From positions 1-64,000 of the forward strand of contig RSEE01000087.1 of NCBI GenBank assembly GCA_003971905.1: a stretch of 64,000 nt of DNA. The letters run 5' to 3'. Source of the stretch: Moniliella sp. 'wahieum' (Eukaryota). Below, piece after piece: positions 1-11,269 of the stretch (positions within the stretch are counted from its first letter, which is position 1; each line of letters opens with the position of its first letter). Both the position numbers and the translations under genes were made by a program. Below the pieces are notes generated by a model. The model was given only the letters and a program-made list of their open reading frames with translations. It was not told the origin of the DNA and did no database searches.

Positions 1-2836
1 TCCACGTCGACGTAGTAGACCTCCCCGGGTAACCGGCATGGGGCACGGATACGCCCTCGTCGCCGTTGATGACTTCACGCGGTACGTCTTCACCACAGCG
101 ATCCCGACAAAGGGCGCTGCAACGAAGGAACTGCGGAACCTCATATGCGGGAGCAACGCTACGGCCCGGACAGACTGCTGCGGACTTTGCGCACGGACAA
201 CCCCCGAATTGACAAGCGCACTGCAACCTTTTCTGGACGAGCAAGGCATCACGTCAGAACGGACAATCCCGGGGCAGAGTGCTAGCAACGGTGGGCTGAG
301 CGTGCCATCCGAACCATAACGACTCGTGCAAGGCAGTTGCTCTTGGGTACAGGTCTTCCGACGTCGGACTGGTGGGAACACAGCCTCCACGCTGCGTGCT
401 TCACCCAAAACCAAATGCCACTCAAAACATCCGGGGAAGACAACAAATCGCGATTTGAGCGATACAAAGGCCACGCATACTCGTTACGATGCAACCCTTT
501 GGCCGCGTTGCATACCTCCATCTGCCCGAGTCACGCCGCGAGCACAAGCTCAGCGCGCGGGCAGAGGAAGGTATGCTGGTAGGATACCACCATCAGCGCG
601 GATCAAAGGGATGGCTCTTCGCCACATACCAACCATCCCTGGGTACCTTCACCTACCGCTGGTCGAAACCGTACAAATGGGGCAACGCCATACCCCCATC
701 TCCACCCGACCACTTCCCACCCGACATCTCCAAATCACTCAAATTAAAATCGACAGTGAAAAAGACGCTAACCCTACTCCGCCAGCCGCGGCAGCACCCA
801 TGCCCGAACCGCCGCCACACCCCAGACACCCGCTCCCACCACCCCCTCCCGCCGCTACCCCCTCCGCCAGCGCACCACCCGCACCTCCCTCGACCTGCAC
901 ACACTCCCAATCGCTGACGACCCCACCGACACGACCTACCATGCTCGTGCTGCAGCCGCCACGCCCCACTGCGCCGCACCAGAGATCGGCATCGCCCGCC
1001 CCTACCTGACACATCCGCCCCCCCGTTTGCCGACACAGTTCAACCTCCCGAATACGCCGCCATGACTGCTCTCAGCGCACCCATCCACCCGGACACGGTT
1101 CAGCTCACCAAGGATGGCGTACCCCTCGCTCCCAAGACGCTCAAGGGTCTCGAGACTCACCCCTCCTTTGCCATGGTCAAGCAGGCTATGGCCGACGAGG
1201 TGGCCACACTCGCGCGATACGGCACCTACGAGGCTACGTACCCACCACCGGGTGCACAAATCCTCATAGGACTATGGCGCATCACCACAAAGACGGACGC
1301 CGAGGGCCGGTTCCTGCGCCACGCGCGCGCTTTGTCGCGGGCGGACACCAACAATCGGCCGAGACTTGGGGCCAGACGTTCGCACCATCGGTGCGCACAC
1401 CTGCCATCCTGACCCTCGTCGTGCTGGCCGAGAAGTATAAGTTTGGCCTCTTCTGGCGGACGTCAATGCAGCGTACCTGAACGCCCCCCTCGAAGAAGTC
1501 TACATCCGCCCACCCCCCTACTTCCCCGAAGCGGGTGGTCGCGTGTGGCGTCTCAAGAAGAGTCTATACGGGCTACATCAGAGCGGAGCAAACTGGGCAC
1601 GATACATCCGGAACCTGCTGCGTGACAAGCTCGGCTTCACGCAAAGCTTGACCGAGCCCTGCTTGTTCGTGCGCGCTGCACCACCGGGTGAGCAGATCCT
1701 CCTGGCGGTCCACACCGACGATCTGCTCCTCGCATGCAAGTCACACCAAAAGTACGAGGAGTTTATGGCCGAGATAAACACACACATTGATGTTCGTGGT
1801 AACGGTCCCCTTCACTACCACCTGGGATGCCAATACGATCGGATCGGTGGGGAGCTGTACCTGAGCCAACCAAAGTTCATCGAGGAAGTGGTGGCAAAGC
1901 ACCACATCAAAGCCCCGTGGATCCGGACTCTCCCACATCCCGTACGGATGATACCGCCCCGTGCCGACCCTGAACCCCCATCCCTCCCAGCCTTGCGCAA
2001 GGCATATCAGGGGAAGATCGGATCGGGACTGTGGCTGCACGAATGGGCCGGCCTGACCCTCTTCGCTATCACGGCCCTCAGCAGAGCCGCTGCCGACCAT
2101 CGCAGCAGCATCATCAAGCAGTCGATGACTTCCTTCGCTACCTGTACCATACTCGAGGAAAGGGCCTGAGGTTGACCCCAACATCAGATGCACCGGCCAT
2201 TGCGCGTATACAGATTCCGACTTGGCGGGAGATCCCATCCAGGCACGCTCCACATCTGGATGCCTACTGATGGTGTACGGTGTGCCGGTGTCGTGGCGAT
2301 CCATTCTTCAGCCGAAGAGCGTTACCAGTACCGCCGCCGCCGAATATACGGCAGGATATGATGGACTGGTTGACGCCAACTATGTCAAGAACATCATGAT
2401 CGAGCTTGGGGCCATCGGCGAGGGTACACCCATTCATTGGTATTGCGACAATAAGTCTGTCGTCGATCTCGCCCACAAATTTGGCAGCACCGGCAAGCTC
2501 CGAGAGCTGAAGATCCGGTACCACAATGTACGGCAACACGTGGACTCGGGCGAGGCCATACTTGTACACATCCCCGGCGAAAGGAACCCAGCGGACGTCC
2601 TCACCAAGCCTCTCGGCCGTCCCGCCTGACAAGCCATTGCTCAACTCCGCGTCGAGGAGATGGATCCAGTCCACATGACTGGGCCCTCCGGTCAGCGGGG
2701 GTGTTGACATCCGTCCTAGGACCGCGCGGACCCTGAGTCACGTGAGTCAGCTTTCATTCCTTCCGAGCTCGCACCAGTCTTCTGGACGAGTCAGTCGCAG
2801 AAGCTTCTTAGTCAAATACGACGTTCAGTGCTCACA
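1..2836 (+). mobile_element. Ty1/copia LTR retrotransposon, 3' portion (integrase-RT-RNase H, PPT, 3' LTR); runs off the window at the 5' end
   Basis: Domain order INT-RT-RH is diagnostic of copia. Integrase: HVDVVD, VDDFTRYVFT, SNG..ERAIRT, PFGRVAY..KLSARAEEGMLVGY. RT: WRLKKSLYGLHQSG, EPCLF, VHTDDLL. RNase H: STSG..VSWRS..Q..VTSTAAAEY, CDNKS, NPADVLTKPL. Polypurine tract ends at 2701 and is followed by TG. Many frameshifts. Confidence 0.95.
2702..2836 (+). repeat. Putative 3' LTR of the copia element (TGTTGA...CTCACA, ~135 bp)
   Basis: Starts with TG immediately after AGCGGGGG (PPT). The pol frame ends ...QRGC* overlapping the LTR start. The CA end at 2836 is inferred because no second LTR is in the window. 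Confidence 0.6.
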
Positions 2837-2858
2837 TTTGTGGTAGTAGCGAGGCCGA

Positions 2859-3320
2859 CCCGAAGGGGAGAGAGTTATGCCGAGGCGATAGCTCGCTAAA
2901 ATCGTCCGCTCTATGCAGCATATGGCCTCCGTTCTCGATTGGACGCACCGTTGACAAGTTACACCCCCCATCCCTAACCCTACCCAACCCGACCCAACCC
3001 AACCCACCCTAACCCTAGAGGGGGAGGGGCCGAGGGTAGATAGCTCGCTACCGAAGGGGAGAGAGTTATGCCGAGGCGATAGCTCGCTACCGAAGGGGAG
3101 AGAGTTATGCCGAGGCGATAGCTCGCTACCCGAAGGGGAGAGAGTTATGCCGAGGCGATAGCTCGCTACCCGAAGGGGAGAGAGTTATGCCGAGGCGATA
3201 GCTCGCTAGGAAATCGTCCGCTCTATGCAGCATATGGCCTCCGTTTTTCGATTGGGCCAACCGTTGAGAAGTTACACCCACCCATCCCTAACCCTACCCA
3301 ACCCAACCCACCCCACCCAC
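2859..3320. repeat. Composite repeat block: 39-40-bp tandem unit plus degenerate telomere-like C-rich tracts, with a ~150-bp duplicated block
   Basis: Unit (C)CCGAAGGGGAGAGAGTTATGCCGAGGCGATAGCTCGCTA occurs at 2859-2898, 3051-3089, 3090-3128, 3129-3168 and 3169-3208, with a degenerate copy at ~3014-3050. CCCTAACCCTACCCAACCC... tracts lie at ~2972-3017 and ~3286-3320. Block 2859-3010 is repeated at 3169-3320. Confidence 0.95.
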
Positions 3321-3514
3321 ACCTGTTGATCATCTATGCAAGTGCATGCCATGAAGCGCTTGACAAAGTGGGACAGTCGTTGTTAGGTTCGCCTCAAAGA
3401 CCCACGACGGTCGTCGTCATTGTACACTTCAACATCTATGACAGGCGCTCGGATGCTTCTGTAGTGCATGTACTAGAGTGCATGGAGAGGTAGGCTGAAT
3501 GATGGTATGCATTG

Positions 3515-6500
3515 CTATGTTCCTATACATGCTTGGTGTTGAAGACAGGGAGCAGAGGCGTGGAGATGGGGAGCACAGGCTTGGGGATGGCGAGCACAGG
3601 CTTGGTAACGAGGATGCCCAGGTGGGTTGTGCCAAGCCGTTGGCCGAGGCGCAGGCAGCGGTGTACGTACAGGCACTGTACTTGGCCCGGCGTGTGCGGG
3701 CTGAGGCAGGATCCCTTCTGTCACATGGTCCCACACCTCCACTGGGATTGGGTCCAGCTGCGCCTCCAAGCTGTCATACGAGCTCCCCCTTAAGGACCGC
3801 GCAGGCGCCAAGGTTCGGACCCGCTTGTGGACCACTGCCTCCAGTGTAGGGTCGGGTCGGCGCTTGCTGCCCGACGCAGCTGCACCCGCGGGCAAGATGG
3901 GGTTGAGTTGCGTCCTTTGCCCGACGTCGGGAGCCGGCATGGTGGGACGGACGCTTGGTACGTTGTCCTCGTGCGTGCCGTGTGCGCCATCGGCTTGTTG
4001 CTGACCATCTTCATCTCCAGATGCTTCGTCTTGTTCGGTTTGGCGAGCGAGGGCAACGCCAACATGGTGTGCATTCTGATCATTCTCAGCTGGATGCCGT
4101 TCCTCGAAGAACCCGGCATCCGCTAAGACCCTTGCTCTGAGCTCCAAGCGCCTTGCTCTGCGCTCCTCGTCAATCTGCATCCAACGCGGAGATGGTGGAC
4201 GGCGTGTTGGATTCCGATCCGGCACGTGGGCCTCCTGCCATGTTGGAACGACCGGCTGGTCATCCACTCCCTGTTGTTCCGGGTGCCACCGCGGCGAGAG
4301 AGCGTGGCGATGGGTCACAGGCTCCTCGGTGGGCTGACGACGAGGCGGGCTGCTGATTTCCAAAGCTGGCAAGTCATCGGCTGCGCCTGGCCCATACAGG
4401 GGCGCGTCGTGCGGGAGCCAGGGTGGAGACTGCTCGTCGCGCTGCCTGGTCGCTGCTGCTGGCTCCATGCGCGGGGGAAGAAGAATGGGTGGCAGCTCGG
4501 CACGCGGGGGGCGCAGCATGGGCCTCGTCGCTCGCATGCTGTACACTTGCGGGCTCCCTCCACGTCCTGGCACCGCAGCGGCACGCCATACAGGCAAGTG
4601 TGTACTGCTTCAAAGAGGCAGTCCTTGTGTTGGAGCCAGTGGGCCACGTTGCCCATGTACGCCTTGGCATCGGACACGTGCCGAGTGAGAGCATCGCGCA
4701 CATCTTGCTGCGAGGCAAGAATGATCATGTCGCCCTGCTCGTTGGGCCCACGAGCAGCACGGCCGGCTGCCTGGATCAAGTCCAGCCCGGTAAATGGCAC
4801 GCCGAGCCAGATGACCATGTCACAGTCGGGAACATCAATCGACACGGAAAGCGAAGTGGTGCCAACCAGCACAACCTCCTCGCCCTGGATGAACTTGGCC
4901 AGCTGATCTGCGCCTTCCTCGCCCTCGGTTTCCCGCCTGTTGTAACCCTCACTGATGGCCGGACGGGGGGGAAGGTAGTGCTGAGAGGAAGAATGCAACC
5001 AAGAGTCAGTCAGCAAAGCGGGGCGTGACCACAGGCGGGGAACCAGGAATGGGATCGACGTACCGGGACGTGGAGAGCGGCGGCGGCAACATCGCGCGCG
5101 GCTTGGCGGCTGTTGCAAATGACGATCGCCCTATGAGGCCGATCTTGGGGCGCTGGTGTGCGAAGCCAGGCCTGGCGTTCGGCCAGCCGCGCCGCCAGCA
5201 GCTCTTCAAGCTCTTGCTGTAACCTCTTGGGCCTGGTATGGGAGCCTCGTGGAATACATACCGCACCTCGGGACGCGCGATTGGTTCGTTAAAGTGGGAA
5301 AAGCGCACGTTGCGAATGCCAGGGAGCGACAATGTCGTTTCCAACTCTCGCACCACCCCCACCGGCGCTGTTCCCGATAGGCCGACGAAGCGAGTATGGC
5401 GCAAGATGGGCGCAAGATAGCTGAGGTTTTTGAATTCAGTTCGGAAGTTGCCATGCAGCGCGATGAGATGCGCCTCGTCCACCACGATCCTTTCCAGTCG
5501 GCCCTCGAGTGCCAGCGCGCGAAGACAGTCGGCCAAGCCCTTTTGCGCCAGCTGACTGACCGTTACGAGCAGGACACGCGTGCCGGCCTGGAGCGGGTTG
5601 GCTTCGGGCGCGCCGCCGTGCCATGTCTGGAAGGGAAGGTCGTGCCGCCGCAAGCGGTTCTCAAAGTCGACCACCATGCTGTGCAGCGGCACGGCCACCA
5701 CATGCACTTTGGAGGGAGCTGCCGTCAGTGCTGGCACGAGCCACATCGCCGTCTTGCCCGCCCCGGTTGGTAGAGCAATCATCGATGCCGATCCAGGCTG
5801 GTCTAGCAACAGTCGTTCGAGGCAGAAGCGTTGCTCTTGGCGCAAGCCATAGTCGCCATAGATGCGTACGCCCACCTGATGCGCCATCGCCAGCCGGTCA
5901 TTTATGCTGGGCTCGGTGCGGATGACCGCGTTGGGTTGGCTCGGCTTGGCGTGCTCGGGAAAGTGGAGCTTGAGAATCTCCGTTTGCCAGTCGCGACTGA
6001 CAAAGCGGGACTTGATGATGCTGTCGGCCCCCAAATGGCCAATCTCTTCCGAGTTGATGCCATACGTCAGGGACGCCGTGTTGGCCGAGTGGCCTGCCTG
6101 CCCCGACTGGCTCGCCCACAGGATCTGCCGCTGCAGCGAACGGAGAGCAAACGCCGTGTTTTCGGCGTCGAGCGTCCCCTGGCGCAGCTCGTTGCCGGGG
6201 AGTAGTGCCGCATCGCGCTGCCGCTTCGACAAGGCCGCACAGTAGTGCCGCCAGACCATCAGGTTGAGCGGGGCGACGCAGCCTTGTCAGGCCAGGTAGC
6301 GCGCAGCACATTGCCCAGCCGGGTCGTCGTAAGTGGCTGCGAGCGCCGGTTGACAAACAGAAGCGGCTGACTTTTCGGCACTGTCGGCTCTCCATTCTCG
6401 TTACGCGGACCTGTTAGCCAGCGCAGGCGGTCGGTGAAGGGGCGAACGAGCAAGAGGTATGCTTTGAGCACCTTGCTGGTGATCGGATCCGGGAAGCGGG

Positions 6501-9500
6501 CAGCACGGAACGCAGCGTCGGGGCTGCTGTGCAGGGCTGTCTTGCTGCGGCGGAAGACGAGAAAGACCTCGTTGTCAGTGCCGGCGACATAGATGCCACG
6601 CGGCCCGGTCGTCTCATTGAAGCAGCGCAGCGACAAGGTCTCCACGCCGCGGGCAGACAGGCCACTGACGCAATGGATCGAGAGTGCCAGGTGGAGCAAG
6701 AACTTCTCCTCGAGGCGGAGGATCTGTTTGTGGAGATGCTCCTCCTCGGCGTCGGACTGCATGTCCTCATCTTCCCAGATGCGGTCCGCAACATGGCCGA
6801 GACCGAGTTCGTCCCTCCACAGCTTTGCGTGCGACTCGGCCTCCCAGACAAAGGAGTAATACTCAGCGGGGTTGTTGAGTCGGTCGCGCAGGTGGGTTTT
6901 GTCAAAGGGATGGCGGAGGTAGTGGTCCTGGTAGCGGGCGCGGCGGCCGATGGTAAACAGATCCAAAAAGGCATTGTCGAGGTTGATTAGAACTGTGCTG
7001 GCAAAAACACGCAGGTGCTCGTCGGAAAGGCAGGTGCCACTGGGCAGCACAATCTCATGGTCGTTCGGTACAAATGGCGAGTCGGGGCCGCCCACCGCTG
7101 CACGGGCCCGGCTGCAGTAGCGCAACACATTGCCCAGCCGGTCCGCCACACGCATGGTGCCCACCACCAGGTGCTCCTTCTCGTACGCACGCACAAACGC
7201 ACCCGCCTCGTCTGCCTTCGCTGCCCAGTCGAGCGTCCCATCCGAGCGCAGCGCCTCGGCATCGTTCAGCAGCGCCGCCGTGCAGCGACGCGACCATCGA
7301 CAGACGCAGGTTCCACATCAGCCCCGCCATCGCCGGCGACACTTGGTTCGGCGCACGAAACAGCAGGTGGCCCACCGTGCCTGCCCCACCCTCCCCGGGC
7401 GTCGGAGCTGCTCTGGGCCCTCCCACCTCCTCCTCCTCCTCCTCCTCCTCCTCTCCCTCCCCCTCCCCCTCCAGGCGATCGTCATCATTCGGCTGCTGGA
7501 GAATGTTGCCCACGATGGCGTGCCTAGTAACAGTGGGCGGACGCACCTGTTGCGGCTCATCTGCCTCGGGCGGGTACCAGATGCCGAGACACTGGCTAAA
7601 GGCAAACAGCCACAGCGGGCCTACATCCTCCAGGGTCGCTGCCCAAGGCCGTGTCGTGGTCATCTCGAGCCAGATCGCAAGGCGCTGCCAAAGCGGGTCG
7701 TAGTCAAGCTGCTGCGCTCCCGGATTGTCAACCGGGGGGTCCCAGGGGTTCGGCGCAAGGACATCGGCGACAAAGCTTTCCAGGGCACTCTCGCCCACTG
7801 GCATGCCGTCATCCTCCAGCGCCTGGATGAAGGCCTGCTCGTGCATCGACAAGACGCGACTGGCCAGGTCGGCCAGCGGGTGCTCCTCTGTGCCCCAGCG
7901 TCGCCCGCGCTCCGAGGAGCAACTGCATAAAGACAAAGCAGTCGCCTAACAAGCCGGTGTACTTGCGGATCGTGTCGGTACGGACCTGCAAGCCAAAGCG
8001 ATGGAAGCACGAGAACTCGGACTCTTGCCCGGCTAGCAATGGCGTGCTGGACGGGGTGGGAAAAGGCGAGAAGCGCCTGGGCCCATTGCAAGAGATTTTC
8101 ATTGGCACGCTTGCGTTCGTGGTTCATGTTTGGCAGATACCGCATCTCGGCCAAGCGCATCAGCGGTACCCCAGCCATCAACTCGGACACATGCCACATG
8201 CGAGGGAAGGAGCCCATGAAATGCTCGCCATCTGCAACGGTCAGCGGATCCTCCCCGGGTATGTGAGGCATCAAGCTGGGCGAGCCCTCCTCCCGCGTAA
8301 GGTCGGTATACGTCAGCAGAGGCCGCCGTGGCGGAGAGGCATCGCGCAGGGGACGGGGATGAGGACGATCGGGCGGCGCCGCGGCTGGTGGAGAGGCGTT
8401 GCGCTGCCGCCGCGGGGGGGCAGGCGAGGGCGAGGGAGACTGCGTCGGCCGGCCTGCCTCGGTCGACTCTGCCTCGCTAGGGGATGCTTCCTGGGTGCGT
8501 GCTGGTCGCCGAGTGCGCGCTGGTACCCAGTCCCATTCCGATTCGGAGTCGCTGGCCTCATCCACGTCTCTCCGCTCGGTGTCGCTGGTATCCTCGTCAC
8601 TCTCGGGATCTGTTGCTCGTTGTATCGTCATCCGTTCCTCGGTTGCGCACCGGGCTGGTGGAGGGGGCGACTGGACAGCTGCGGCTGCATCAAGGCGCCT
8701 CGCAGCATCGATCGCGGCTGGTGGCGCATCGGGCCCAACAATGGCAACGGTAAGGTCGTACAAGACTCGTTGGGTGGGAAGCCAGAGCGGACGAGGGTGG
8801 TGGCCGGTAGTGCGGGCGTGCTTGCGTGCGGGTGGTGGTTGCGAGCCACCTGCAAGCATGTGCGGCACACCTCTTTGGGAGGGGAGATGGGGATGCGATC
8901 GACTGGCTCGGTGAGGTACTTGGCAAAGTGCTTGGCTACAGCAGGGCCTGGGTACAGCGCAGGGGGCAGCATGCGGAGTGCAGTACGGGCAGACTCGACG
9001 TGGTCGTCGAGGAACAAGGGATGCGTACCGGAGTGGTCGAAGGCTTTGACTCTTGCAGTGGAAAGATGCGTGTCGGGCACAAAGTATTTGCATTCAGAGC
9101 AATACAAAAGGCGCAAGTCGGAATTGTACTCGATGCCGATCGGATGGAGGGAGCGGCGGATGAGATGGAAGGGGTCTTGAAAGATGGAGGCGGCGACCTG
9201 ACCTTTGAGTTGAAGACATTCCTTGCGTGCTGCGTGCGGTGCGGGCATTTTGCGGAAGGGAGGCAGAACAAGCAGAGCACGAATAGCCTGGTACGTTGTG
9301 GTCAGCACTGGCTGGAAGGGAGGATGGGGGGGACATACCATCGTCGTTCGCTTGGATGCACACCTGCTGCGGCGGCAGTCGGACGAGATGGTGATTTTGG
9401 TGGTGATGACAGACGTGCGCGGCTGGGGAGGAGGCAATGGCGAAGGGGACAAGCCGAGCGGCGAGGTAGGTGCAGCAACAGGGGGAGGTGATGCTGGTGG

Positions 9501-9885
9501 GGATCGGGTGACGGTGCGGTGCCCGGCTGTTGCACAGGATCTTGTGTGCCCTCGGCGCGCGTGTCTCGCGTGGTTGCTGCAAGTGCTAGGAGATCTGGAG
9601 AGGCGTCGGGTTGGGAGGCGGAGTGGGGCTCGTGTCGGTGCCCGGGCTAGGAGAGGCTGGCATGGTTGACAGCTGGGAGCGAGCGGCATTGTGAGCAGCT
9701 GGGCGGTCCATGCGGCGAGGCAACGGCGTGTCGGATGCTGCTCGCGCTGGAGGTGGTGCACCCGACGGGTCGGTCGAAGGTGTGAAGGCACGAGGTTGGC
9801 TGCCAGGCCTGGCCGTGCTGGGATGAGACGAAGCAGGTGTTCCGCAGTCAAACGTGGCAGCTGGCGTCGTAGGCAAGGCAGGCAT
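3515..9885 (-). CDS. Large (~2000 aa) telomere-linked-helicase-type protein: DUF3505/OrsD-like Zn domain + tyrosine-recombinase-like domain + RecQ-family DEAH helicase; split by frameshifts
   Basis: Consecutive minus-strand ORFs (9586-10158, 8628-10442, 7660-9093, 7809-8108, 7055-7936, 6259-7194, 5006-6259, 4315-5118, 3515-4597) join into one protein. Helicase motifs: LPTGAGKT, VAVPLHSM, IVVDEAH, GLSGTAP, RPEVRY, GTTSLSVSIDVPD, QAAGRAAR, then C..C..CxxC. N-terminal part: YNSDLRLLYCSECKYFV..H ... PISPPKEVCRTC..HHPH. Middle: SGLSARGVE, RSKT, VWRH, QAGHSANTASLTY. A 51-nt intron lies at 9288-9338. Start and end are approximate. Confidence 0.85.
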
Positions 9886-10657
9886 GGTAAGGCGAGGATG
9901 GTGTGATGTGAGGAGGAGGGGGCGCGTCGGGAGGCGTGGGAAAAGGAGGAAGGAAATGAAAGAATGCATGCAGCGCGTCGCGTTGGGGGGACAATTATTA
10001 CGCTGCCGCCGTGCGGGCACATGCATCGATACTTGATGCGCGTTAGCGCGAGGCGACGCGACTTGGCGACGCGTTGAGCCATGCGCGCCGCACCAAAATG
10101 GACGTATCTCGGCCGTTTCTCGACCGATTGGGCTGAAATTTGGCATGCGACTAGCCATGCCATCAGACTACCGATACCAGGTGGTACATCTACCACCACC
10201 ACCCTTGGGCACAAGATACTGCATGCATACGGTACAGACGTCGGACGGCCCAACGAGTGCCTGATATGGACGATGCTCGCCATGAAACGGCCATGCGTGG
10301 TAAGAAAGAGTAGTGGTGGTGGAAGAGGGGGTGGTAGTGGTAGTGGGGGTGGTGGGGGGTGGAAGTGGGAGTGGGAGTGGGGTGGGAGTGGGGGTGGCGA
10401 CGGGGGTTGCGCCTGCAGCGGCGGTGGTGGTGGCGTGCACATGCCAATGGCGGTTGTGTGGCGGTGGCGGTGGCGGTGGCGGTGGCGCGCATACTGAGCA
10501 AGGCTCTGACCGCGGCGGCGGGCTCTGTTGAATTAATGCGTGTGCCACCAACTCTCCTGGGCACTGGTCACTAGTCACTGGTACGCGTCACCGGTCAGGC
10601 CCCGGGGCCCGGTTGTGACTACGTCATAGGTCATCGCTCAGGCTCAACCCGGGTCAC

Positions 10658-10681
10658 TCCAAAATCAATATTGATTTTGGA
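10658..10681. other. Perfect 24-bp AT-rich palindrome TCCAAAATCAATATTGATTTTGGA
   Basis: Read directly; the two 12-bp arms are exact reverse complements with no spacer. Confidence 0.9.
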
Positions 10682-10742
10682 CGTCAGGGGGAGCCGATCA
10701 GTAATTGCCAGCCGGCAATTGATTTCAATAACATATGTCTAG

Positions 10743-11269
10743 GTTTTTACTCTGGCTACGGTAAAGGGGACTGCCAACCTGGCTGATCAGTTTACCAAGC
10801 CTCTCAAATGGTGCCCTCGTGAGGGCCGGGGCCCTTGATCTGGGGCTCCATTGATCTACTTCTTATCTTTGGTTTTGACTTGCGTTTCCGACTCGGTTCC
10901 AGGCGCGTCTCTCGTCTCCGTCTTTTATTTTTTCTACTCGACGCGTCTCCTTTCTTTTGTTTACCGTCTTCTTCCTTTGGTCTCCTTAACCTGTGGCATG
11001 TCCGAGGGGGGGCTGTAGAGTATGGCCTGATCATGCACTCACATGCCATTGCCTTTTGCGGCCAGCCATGTATGCGGAAGTCCCCTCATTGTTTCGCCTC
11101 TCGAGCGCCTCGGGCTGGTTATCCCTTGCGCGCTCCTTCCCTTTCCTTTTCTTCCCTGTTGCACACAAGGTCGGACTAGCGTCAGGAGCTTAGAATAAGC
11201 TCTCTGACTGTTCCTATCTTCCCTTGCACAGTGCAATCGTCCTTAGCTTGGTAGCGTAGCTACTTCTCA
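10743..11269 (+). mobile_element. Second, 5'-truncated Ty1/copia remnant: RNase H C-terminus, PPT and probable LTR (11014-~11269)
   Basis: 10743-10806 translates VFTLATVKGTANLADQFTKPL, the copia RNase H terminal motif NxADxxTKPL. GAGGGGGGGC PPT is followed by TGTAGAG at 11014. The LTR end (..TCTCA, 11269) is tentative. The LTR does not resemble the 2702 LTR. Confidence 0.7.

Larger units (their letters stand above)
2837..10720 (-). mobile_element. Putative YR-RecQ helicase element (boundaries inferred)
   Basis: A single large recombinase/helicase gene is flanked by structured non-coding termini: a repeat array and telomere-like tract on the left, a G-rich tract and palindromes on the right. 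The block sits between two copia remnants. Confidence 0.45.

Noticed and set aside
2837..2855. TGGTAGTAGCGAGG as a primer-binding site, which would make 2702-2836 a 5' LTR
   Set aside because: The LTR follows a PPT and the RNase H end, and no gag follows. The similarity to a PBS is not convincing.
2972..3017. True telomere / chromosome end
   Set aside because: Only a few degenerate CCCTAA units, with 2.9 kb of retrotransposon sequence distal to them.
3051..3208. CRISPR-like array of 39-40-bp repeats
   Set aside because: The units are directly abutting with no unique spacers, there are no cas genes, and the context is eukaryotic.
6000..7200. Starship captain (DUF3435) or DIRS/Crypton recombinase
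   Set aside because: The YR-like motifs are embedded between a DUF3505-like domain and a RecQ helicase. There is no RT and no stand-alone captain layout.
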